Positions 52,195-61,300 of a stretch of 63,541 nt of DNA are shown here, one piece after another (the first letter of the stretch is position 1; each line of letters starts with the position of its first letter). The translations under genes were made by a program, and so were the position numbers. This DNA comes from an uncultured Methylotenera sp. (GTDB lineage: Bacteria; Pseudomonadota; Gammaproteobacteria; Burkholderiales; Methylophilaceae): the NCBI GenBank assembly GCA_902168195.1, contig CABHOJ010000062.1, positions 1-63,541 on the forward strand, read 5' to 3'. The notes beneath the pieces were generated by a model that saw nothing but the letters and a program-made list of their open reading frames with translations, did not search any database and had not been told where the DNA came from.

Positions 52195-52944
52195 ATGCTT
52201 GAACGGCATTCCTCGGCCAGCCTGCAACACGAATCTGGCCAGCTCTATTTCAGCTTTGCCCGCACACCCTCCGAAGTCGCGGAAGCCCAGCGCTTGCGTT
52301 ACAAGATCTTCGCGGAGGAGATGGGCGCCAATATCCCGAACAAGGATGGTCACGACCGCGATGGTTTCGACGTGTTCTGCGACCACCTGCTGGTGCGCGA
52401 CAGCCTGACCAGCGAAGTCGTCGGCACCTACCGCATCCTCAGCCCGGCGATGGCCAATGAAGCCGGCGGCTATTACTCCTCCGGCGAATTCGACATCAGC
52501 CGCCTCTCCCACCTGTTCGACCGCACGGTCGAGGTCGGACGTGCCTGCGTCCACCAGAACTACCGGCATGGCGGCACGATCACAATGCTCTGGGCCGGCC
52601 TCGCCAAATACATGCAGATCAATCGTTATGAATACATGATCGGGTGCGGTAGCGTCGGCATGGCGGATGGTGGACACATGGCGGCCAGTCTCTATAATAC
52701 GTTGCGCAACGATTACTTATCGCCGCCCGAGTATCGTGTGTTCCCGCGCTGCCCCCTGCCGCTGGAGGCGCTCAGGTCTGATATGGAAGTCAGCCTGCCG
52801 CCGCTGATCAAAGGCTATCTGCGACTGGGTGCCTATATCTGCGGGGAACCTGCATGGGATCCGGATTTCAATACGGCTGACATGCTGGTCATGCTGCCGC
52901 TGTCACGGTTGAACAGGAGATACGCGGCGCACTTTTTCAAATAA
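52195..52944 (+). CDS. olsB: GNAT-type N-acyltransferase (OlsB-like lyso-ornithine-lipid synthase; often annotated as putative hemolysin)
   Basis: 249 aa, FSFARTPSEVAEAQRLRYKIFAEEMGA. An acyltransferase gene follows immediately. Confidence 0.7.
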   Translation: MLERHSSASLQHESGQLYFSFARTPSEVAEAQRLRYKIFAEEMGANIPNKDGHDRDGFDVFCDHLLVRDSLTSEVVGTYRILSPAMANEAGGYYSSGEFDISRLSHLFDRTVEVGRACVHQNYRHGGTITMLWAGLAKYMQINRYEYMIGCGSVGMADGGHMAASLYNTLRNDYLSPPEYRVFPRCPLPLEALRSDMEVSLPPLIKGYLRLGAYICGEPAWDPDFNTADMLVMLPLSRLNRRYAAHFFK

Positions 52945-52953
52945 AGGGCACGC

Positions 52954-53715
52954 TTGCATCACAGATCCACCCCACGTTCCGTCCGCATCTTCCGCATTGC
53001 TCGCATGGTGGTCCACACCCTATACGGCGCGTTGCTCGCCGTGACCATCCTGCCTTGGGCGGGGCCTAGGCGGCGCGATCTCCTGATCAGTCACTGGTGT
53101 CGAGGCCTGCTGTCATGCCTGAACATCCGGGTGATCGTGACAGGCACGCCGCCCGACATCGGTTGCCACCGGACGATGTTCATCGCCAACCATATCTCAT
53201 GGGTCGATATTCACGCCCTCAATAGCATCCGCGCGGTGCGTTTCATCGCCAAGGCCGAGATACGCGGCTGGCCGATCTTCGGCTGGTTCGCAGAGAAAGT
53301 GAATACGCTGTTCATCGAGCGTGCGAAACGGCACGATACGGGCCGCATCGTCGAGCTAGCGAGCGAAAGCCTGTTGGCGGGGGATAACCTCTGCTTCTTC
53401 CCGGAGGGTACGACCACGGACGGCACACACGTCAAACCGTTCAAGAGCAGCCTGTTGCAGGCGGCGATCAATGCCGACGCGAAAATATGGCCGTTCAGCA
53501 TCCGCTACCCAGGGATGGACGGAAACCCGAACACGCAGATGGCCTACCACGATGAAGTCACGCTGCCCGAATCGATCCAGCGGGTATTGGCACAACGCGC
53601 GCCAGTGGTGGAACTGCACTTCTCGCCGCCGATCGAGGCAGCTGGCCATGAGCGTCGCGCATTGCTGGCGCTTGCACGCGCATCAATCCTCGGCAGGCTC
53701 GATCTTCCGGGGTGA
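52954..53715 (+). CDS. olsA: Lysophospholipid (PlsC-family) O-acyltransferase, OlsA-like
   Basis: HX4D motif NHISWVD and FPEGTTT. TTG start with AAGGG upstream. Confidence 0.7.
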   Translation: MHHRSTPRSVRIFRIARMVVHTLYGALLAVTILPWAGPRRRDLLISHWCRGLLSCLNIRVIVTGTPPDIGCHRTMFIANHISWVDIHALNSIRAVRFIAKAEIRGWPIFGWFAEKVNTLFIERAKRHDTGRIVELASESLLAGDNLCFFPEGTTTDGTHVKPFKSSLLQAAINADAKIWPFSIRYPGMDGNPNTQMAYHDEVTLPESIQRVLAQRAPVVELHFSPPIEAAGHERRALLALARASILGRLDLPG

Positions 53716-54522
53716 ATCCCGCAGGTCGCACGGCACCTGAAACACCGCCTTGTCTTCAAGGCGCATGGCCGTGAGCTGGCCGCCCCATAGACAGCCGGTG
53801 TCGAGCGCATAGAAGTTGCTGCGGCGTTGCAACCCCAGGGCGGACCAATGGCCGCAGACAAGCGTCGCGTCCCGTGACGCGCGGCCTGGGATATCGAACC
53901 AGGGCACCGTGCCTGCGGGGATCCTGTCCAGTTCGCCCTTGAACTTGAAATCGATACGCCCTTCGGGACTGCAGACGCGCAACCGGGTCATGGCATTGGT
54001 GATGAGGCGCAAGCGATCGTAGCCCTGCAAGTCATCCCGCCAGTGGTCCGGCTGGTTGCCGTACATGTGCGCGAGGAAATCTCGGTAGGCCGGGCCACGC
54101 AACACTGTTTCCACCTCCCGGCCCAAGGCCAGCGCCTGTGCGATATCCCATTGCGGAAGCAAGCCGGCATGCACCATCACGTACCCGTCTTCCTGGTGGA
54201 TCATGTGTTGGTGACGCATCCAGCCTAACAATGCCGGTGCATCCGGCGCCGTCAGCAGTTCGTTGAGGGTGTCGCTCTTGTGCGCGGGCACGAAGCCTTC
54301 AGCCACGGCGAGGGTGTGTAGATCATGGTTGCCGAGGACACTGGTCACGCAACTGCGATGCGCATACAGCCAGCGCAGGGTCGCAAGGGAACCAGCCCCT
54401 CGGTTGATCAGGTCGCCGACCAGCCAGAGCCGGTCGGTGTCAGGGTCGAAATGGATGTCTTCCAGCAGTCGCTGGAAAGAAAAGAAGCAGCCTTGAATAT
54501 CCCCTACAGCATAGGTTGCCAT
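53683..54522 (-). CDS. apaH: Symmetrical bis(5'-nucleosyl)-tetraphosphatase
   Basis: 279 aa with GDIQGC, GDLINRG and GNHD. Its 3' end overlaps the convergent olsA by 33 nt. Confidence 0.93.
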   Translation of the reverse strand: MATYAVGDIQGCFFSFQRLLEDIHFDPDTDRLWLVGDLINRGAGSLATLRWLYAHRSCVTSVLGNHDLHTLAVAEGFVPAHKSDTLNELLTAPDAPALLGWMRHQHMIHQEDGYVMVHAGLLPQWDIAQALALGREVETVLRGPAYRDFLAHMYGNQPDHWRDDLQGYDRLRLITNAMTRLRVCSPEGRIDFKFKGELDRIPAGTVPWFDIPGRASRDATLVCGHWSALGLQRRSNFYALDTGCLWGGQLTAMRLEDKAVFQVPCDLRDSPRKIEPAED

Positions 54523-54577
54523 CGGTATTCCAAAGGTGAACAGCCGCGTTCAGATCGCGGCTGGGGGACTTGCGGGA

Positions 54578-55090
54578 TTATTCTGCCTTGGGTGCCGGCG
54601 GAGTGAACTTGGCACCGGACTCGTTCGCCATGTAGGCGACCGCGTTGGCGATCTCGCCGTCGGTCAGGGTCGCATTGCCACCACGCGCCGGCATCATGCG
54701 GATCCCTTCGATCGCGTGTTTGATCAACGTCTCGTAGCCTTGTGCGATCCGTGGCGCCCAACCAGCCTTGTCACCGATCTTGGGGGCGCCCATGGCACCG
54801 GAGGCATGGCAAGCCGCACAGACGCCGTTGACCACTTCTTCACCGCCTTTGTCGACACGGGGGCCGGTCTCGACAGCAGCCACTTCGACCTCGCCTACCG
54901 GCTCGATGCGCGCTTCGACCGCAGCGGCGACTGGTGCAGGATCAGCATCCTCCAAGTAGTTGGCCTGGATGCCCAGCAGCAGTTTCACCACCAGGAAGAT
55001 CACCAGCACCGGGGCGAACAGCCCACCCAATGTGGCGAGGATGACTTGAGATACCGTCGTTTTCGGAAAATCGTGATGCTGCTGACCCAT
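54578..55090 (-). CDS. Membrane-anchored c-type cytochrome (c5-like)
   Basis: N-terminal TM segment VILATLGGLFAPVLVIFLVV. Heme motif CAACHASG with a distal Met context (IRMMPARGG). Confidence 0.85.
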   Translation of the reverse strand: MGQQHHDFPKTTVSQVILATLGGLFAPVLVIFLVVKLLLGIQANYLEDADPAPVAAAVEARIEPVGEVEVAAVETGPRVDKGGEEVVNGVCAACHASGAMGAPKIGDKAGWAPRIAQGYETLIKHAIEGIRMMPARGGNATLTDGEIANAVAYMANESGAKFTPPAPKAE

Positions 55091-55175
55091 GACAATCTGA
55101 TCCTAATAACAAGTGCGAAAGTCGCTGATTATACTGGGAAGTCGCGCGAGGTAAAAGGACAAGGCACCGCCTATT

Positions 55176-55184
55176 TGCTATAAT
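55176..55184 (+). promoter_or_regulatory. Extended -10 promoter element for tRNA-Arg
   Basis: TGCTATAAT ends 20 nt upstream of the tRNA 5' end. The -35 is weak. Confidence 0.45.
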
Positions 55185-55203
55185 CCGCCTGCTTCTCTTA
55201 TAG

Positions 55204-55280
55204 GCGCCCGTAGCTCAGCTGGATAGAGTGTTGGTTTCCGAAGCCAAAGGTCGTGGGTTCGACTCCCGCCGGGCGCGCCA
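55204..55280 (+). tRNA. tRNA-Arg (anticodon CCG)
   Basis: Hand-folded cloverleaf. Acceptor stem GCGCCCG/CGGGCGC. D arm GCTC...GAGT. Anticodon arm TTGGT-TTCCGAA-GCCAA. T arm GTGGG-TTCGACT-CCCGC. Discriminator G and an encoded CCA. Confidence 0.9.
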
Positions 55281-55336
55281 AGCATCCATCACCATCCCCG
55301 ATCATGCGTCCAGAGTGGCCACAGATCGATCCAGTA

Positions 55337-58300
55337 TCACGCTACATCCACAGCAGCTTCGCGCACCATCACCTGCACCTGATGGGCATGGTGGTCATCG
55401 GCCAGCAGGATCCAGGCCTCGTTCGCATTCCCCGCCTCGACCCAAGGCAGGAGTTCACCATCCAATAGCACCGAGACCCCCGCCTGACCGGCTTCTCCCG
55501 ACTGCCTCTGCACGTGGATGTGGTAGTAGGTGGCGCGGTACCGATAGGTCATCTTGTAGCTGTCGTATGCGCCCGGCAGACATGGCCGGATGCGCAGCCT
55601 GTCGGCTTCCAGGTGCAGGCCGAGCAGGGTCTCGACGATCAATCGATACATCCAGCCTGCCGCACCCGTATACCAGGTCCAGCCCCCTCGCCCCGTATGG
55701 GGTTCCGTCGCATAGATGTCTGCACACATGACATAGGGCTCCACCTTGTATTTCGCGATCTCCTCAGCATTACTGCCGTGGCGGACGGGATTGATCAGCC
55801 CGAACAGTTCCCAGGCGCGTTCCTTGTCCCCAAGCATGGCGAACGCCATGGTGGTCCAGATGGCTGCGTGCGTGTACTGCCCGCCATTCTCCCGGATACC
55901 CGGTACGTAGCCCTTGATATAACCGGGCTCCAGGGTCGACTGGTCGAACGGCGGCGCCAGCAGCTTGATCAATTGGCTATCGCGGTCCACCAGCCGCGCA
56001 TCGACCGCGGTCATGGCCTGATGCATACGCTTTTCAAGACCGCCACCGGAGATCACCGACCAGCTCTGGCTGATGGCATCGATCTGGCATTCCTCGTTGA
56101 TAGCCGAACCCAGCGGTGTGCCGTCATCGAAGTAGGCGCGGCGATACCAGGCACCGTCCCACGCATGGGCTTCGATGTTGGTCCGCAACTGGTCGGCGTG
56201 CCGGTTGCAGAGACCGGCACTCTCGCCGTCGCCCTGTCCATCGGCCAGCAGCGCGAACAGGCGCAGGTTGTCATAGAGGAACCAGGCCAGCCAGACACTC
56301 TCGCCCTTGCCGCCCTGGCCCACCAGATTCATGCCGTCGTTCCAATCCCCACAGCCCATCAAGGGCAGCGCATGCGCACCGTAATGCGAGACGCTGCGCT
56401 TGATGGCGCGCATGCAATGCTCGTAGAGGCTGGCGACTTCTGCCGACCTTTGCGGCTGATCGTAATAAGCTTCCTCGTCCGGATTGAGCGCACGGCCTTC
56501 GAGAAAATGCAGCGACTCGTCCAGCACGCTGCGGTCCCCCGTCGCCAGTACGTAATGACAAGTGGCATAAGGCAACCACAGATAATCGTCAGAGAAGTGC
56601 GTGCGCACACCCTTGCCGCTCGGCGGATGCCACCAGTGCTGCACATCGCCTTGCGGGAATTGGCGTTCCGCACAGCGGATCAGTTGCTCGCGCGCCAGAT
56701 GAGGCGTGGTGTGGATCAGGGCCATGGTGTCCTGTAGCTGGTCACGGAATCCGTACGCGCCACCGGATTGGTAATAGCCGCTGCGCCCCCATACGCGGCA
56801 TGACAGCGTCTGGTAGACGAGCCAGCCATTGGCCAACAGGTCCAGCGCAGGATCCGGCGTCTCCACCTGGATCGCACCCAGCGTGTGCCGCCAGAATGCC
56901 GAGACGGCTTCCAGCGCCTGCGTCGCGCCCGCCGGACGCCCGAAGCGCTGGATCATCTGACGTGCCTCGTCGGGATGATGGGCGACACCGAAGGTCAAGA
57001 CGATCTCGTGTTCCTGACCGTCCAGCAACGAGACCTGGCTTTGCATCGCCGCACAGGGATCGAGCCCGATCCCGGTCTTGCCCGACAGTCTCTTTCTGCG
57101 CATGGCCGCCGGATGGGCGAGCGAGCCGTTGCGACCCAGGAATTCGGTACGACTGCCTGTCACCGAACGCTCTGTGGTGCTGATATGGGCAAAGATGACG
57201 CGGCTCGCACATTCCCTGCCAAACGCGTTACGGGCAAGGATGGCGCCGCTGAAAGCATCGACCTCGGTGGAGATGTGCATGTGATTGGCATGTCGCCACT
57301 CCCCCAGCACCAGTTCCCAATAAGCGGAGAGGGACAAGTGGCGCGGCCTGCCGGAATGGTTGCGCAATTTGAGCACGACGATCTTGACCGGGGCATCCAT
57401 AGCGACGTAGTGGCAGACCTCGGAGGCGATCCCCGCTTCCATGTGTTCGAATACGGTGTAGCCGAAGCCATGCCGACAGACATAGCCGGTGAGACCTGGG
57501 GAAGGCAGCGGCGTCGGCGACCAGAACGCCCCGGTCTCCTCGTCACGGATATACATGGCTTCGCCGCTGCCGTCGGAGATGGGATCGTTGTGCCAGGTGG
57601 TGAGCCGGAATTCATGGGCATTATCGACCCAGGTATAGGCACTGCCGCTCTCGCTGATGACGGTGCCGATATGTGGGCTGGCGATCACATTCACCCAGGG
57701 GGCCGGGGTATGACTGCCTGTATTCAGCGTGATGACGTACTCGCGGCCATCGGGCGTGAAGCCGCCGATGCCGTTATCGAACTGCCGGGGCCTGGAAACC
57801 AGCGGATAGACCGCTTCGTAGGGACGTTCCAGCGTCGGTTCCAGCCTTTCCAGTCCACGCTCCGGTGCCCGTTCGGTGGCTGCGCGACGCTCCATCTGTT
57901 CGCCCAGGCTTTCGGCACTGTCGACCAGGACGATGCGCGCTACAGCCTGGAACAAGACGCGCGCCTCTTCCGACAGATCCTCGATACGCCGGATGAATAC
58001 GCCGCCCGGCTTGTCGACGACCTGTGCTTCCGGTCCGGCGTTGACCAGACCGATGATGGCATCGTGCAAGGCCGCACGGTAACCGGAGAAATCCTCATTC
58101 AGGATCACCAGATCGACCGCCAGCCCATGCATGCGCCAATAGGTGTGGGCCTGCAGCACCTGTTTCACGAGGTCGATACGACCAAGGTCGCTGACGCGCA
58201 GGAGCACGATCGGCAGATCGCCAGAGACGCCGAAACCCCACAGCCCGGATTGGCCCAGACGGTTACGCGCGATCACGCTTGGCGCGGCACGGCGCAAGGC

Positions 58301-61300
58301 ATTGCAATAGACGATGGCGCTGGCCATGCGACCGTAGACGCGCGCGTCCGCTTCGCTGGCGTTGATCAGGCGCAGCACTTCCTGACTCTGGAACCAGGCC
58401 ATCTCGAACGCACGCTCGACGAAGTGGCGGTCGCAATACTTTTCCAGCAAGGCCAGGGCCGCTTCTCGCGTATCCGCCATGCCACTGACGATCTGCACTG
58501 CCGCCGATTCGTCGGGCGCCAGAATCACGGTGCGCCGTATTGCGACCACCGGATCCAGCACAGAACCGTCGGTGTTCGATAGCGCGCCGGACGCGCTGCT
58601 GGCGTCCTCGGCAGGATCCATGGCACGTGGATCGGCGGATGTGCGGCCGCGGCCGATGAACCTCGCGCGGTCCGTCTCGTAGGAAGGTCCTTCGCTATTG
58701 GCACCGGGCGCCGCCAGCAGATGGAACATCCATGGCACCTGCTCATCCGGCGTGCGTGGCCGCCGAGTACAGAGGATGGCCTGGCGCTCCGGCAGGATCT
58801 CCGTCTGAACGAACAGGTTGCTGAAAGCGCGATGCGCGAGGTCAGCATTGAGCGGCGCCAGCACGACTTCCGAATAGCTCGTGATCTCGATACGACGCCT
58901 GCGGGAAGACTGATTGGTCAACGTAACGCGGCGGATCTCCACATCATCTTCCGGCGAGACCGTGATCTCGGTATGGGCTTCGATCGCCTGGTCGCGCCGG
59001 CGGTACTCCGCACGTGCCTGCACGAAGATCGCCTCGTAGTGATCCGCCTTGCGCAAGGTCGGCTGGTGCGCCGCCGACCAGTAATAACCATCGTCCCGAT
59101 CGCGCAGATAGATGAAGCTGCCCCAACTATCGGTGGTCGCATCCTCGCGCCAGCGCGTGACGCTCATGTCACGCCAGCGACTATAGCCGCCCCCGGCATT
59201 GGTGGCCATGACGTGGTATCGGCCGTTCGAGAGCAGATGCACTTCCGGATTCGGTGTGTTCGGATCGGTAAACAAGCGCATGGTGGCGCCCCCCTCTTCC
59301 GTCACCGGCTTGGCAGCAGCGTTGACTTCGGCCGCATGGGGATGCAAGGTCGCGCCGTGCTTAGGCAGGCGCTCCTGCAACAGTAACGCGGTCGCCTTGA
59401 CGGAAGGGATGGACATGAAGCGACGCTGTGTCGGACTGCCGAGCAGCACATCGGTGAAAGCCAGCAAGCTCATGCCCTGATGGTGAGCCATGAAGGCCCG
59501 CACCACGGCATGCTGCTTGCCTGGCGGCACGCGCGAGGGCGTGTAATCGATGGCCTCGTAGAACCCATAAGGGCCCAGGAACCCTTCGCTCGCCAGGCGC
59601 TGCAGGTTCTGGCAGGCCTCTTGTGGGGTCACGATCAACGCCAGCGCACTGGCATAGGGGGCGATCACCAGATCGTCTGCCAGCCCGCGCTTGAACCCCA
59701 GGCCCGGCACGCCGAACGCGCGGTACTGGTAGACCTGGTGCATATCCGTGGCGTAATAGCAGGATTCCGAGATCCCCCAGGGCACACCGCGCTGCTTGCC
59801 GTACTCGATCTGACGCGATACCGCGGCCCGGTAGGTCTGGTCTAGCAAGGTGTTCTCGTAACTCGGCATCATGAGTCTGGGCATCAGGTATTCGAACATC
59901 GAGCCGCTCCAGGAGATCAGGCTCATGTCGCCGCTGTGGCTGGTCAGCAGGCGCCCCAGCGAGAACCAGTGCTTCTGTGGCAGCTGACCTTCTGCGATGA
60001 GCAGGAAACTCGCGAGGCGCGCCTCGGATGCGAGGAGGTCGTAGCAGGCGGGGTCTCGGCGGCGCTCGCCGACGTCGTAGCCGATGCTCAATAGATCCGA
60101 GGCGCTATCGTAGAGGAACTCGAAATCCATGGTGGCCAACTCGCTGCATCGCGCGACCAGTTCATCGATCAGGGCCAGCCGACCGACCGCCGCCGGGTAT
60201 CTCGCCACCATGCTCGCGGGGGCCGACGGGAACGCACCGGCCTGCACCATCGTCTCCTCAGCCAGACTGGCGAGCGTGGGCATCTGGCTATGTCGCGCCA
60301 AGTCCGGTACCAGGGCGCCGATGTCCTCTCTTAAGCTTGCGATCTGTCGTTCGAACGCCGCTATCCAGTAGCCTGATTCTCCATCCAGTTCCGCCGCCGG
60401 TAGAAGCGGCATCGCCGTCATCGCCTGTAACTCGGCCAGTGCCGCGTCTGCTGCAGCGAGGCTGATAGGCGCGACATCGGGCTGCGAGAGCGCTTGCAAC
60501 TTCTCCTGCCAGGCGACCAGCCAGCCGAACGACCCAGGCTCGACGGATGCCACCAGGCTCTCCTGCAGCGCCTGCAAGGTATCCTGCAACCCCAGGAACA
60601 TCCGTGTTGACAAGACAGGGTGCGTTCTCAATTCGAGGAGGCCCGCCTGGAGCGTCAATAGACTCCCGGACAGATTGCCGCTATCGACGGATGAGATATA
60701 TTGCGGCCTCAATAATTCGAGACTCCGCGTGTCGTACCAGTTATAGAAATGGCCGCGATAGCGCTCCAGTTTTTCCATCGTCGCCAGGGTGTTCGCCGTA
60801 CGGGTCAGCAACTCCGCGGCGCCAATATAGCCCAGGTCGTAAGCGGCCTGGTTGGCGAGCAAGGCCATGCCGATATTGGTCGGGGACGTGCGGGTGGCGA
60901 TCTGCTGGGCCGGGTGTTCCTGGAAGTTATCGGGCGGTAACCAGTGGTCTTCCGCGCTGACGAATTGCGCAAAATAGCGCCAGGTGCGGCGGGCTGAGGC
61001 TTGCAGAAAGCTGCGCTGATGTGGAGACAGGGCCTGTGCATCCGTCGCGAACGGCCGGCTGATCCACCAGCCCATCCACGGTGACGCGCACCATAACAGC
61101 AGCAACGGCATAGCCTGCATGAGCTCCGCTGGATGCAAGTGCCACAGCACGACCGCGAGCACGAAGGCTGTCATTGGGCCGATCCACATCTCCGCGAGAA
61201 AATCCCCGACCGAGCTGCGGCGATTGCGCGTCACATAGGTCGGCAGATGCCAGAGCAACAGGCCGCGTCGCGTGAACAACTGGCGCCCCGCCGACCGCAG

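Noticed and set aside
55228-55731. A 167-aa plus-strand ORF starting inside the tRNA-Arg gene.
   Set aside because: It overlaps the tRNA and the 3' end of ndvB in antisense. Its Pro/Arg/Ser-rich translation is a shadow ORF.
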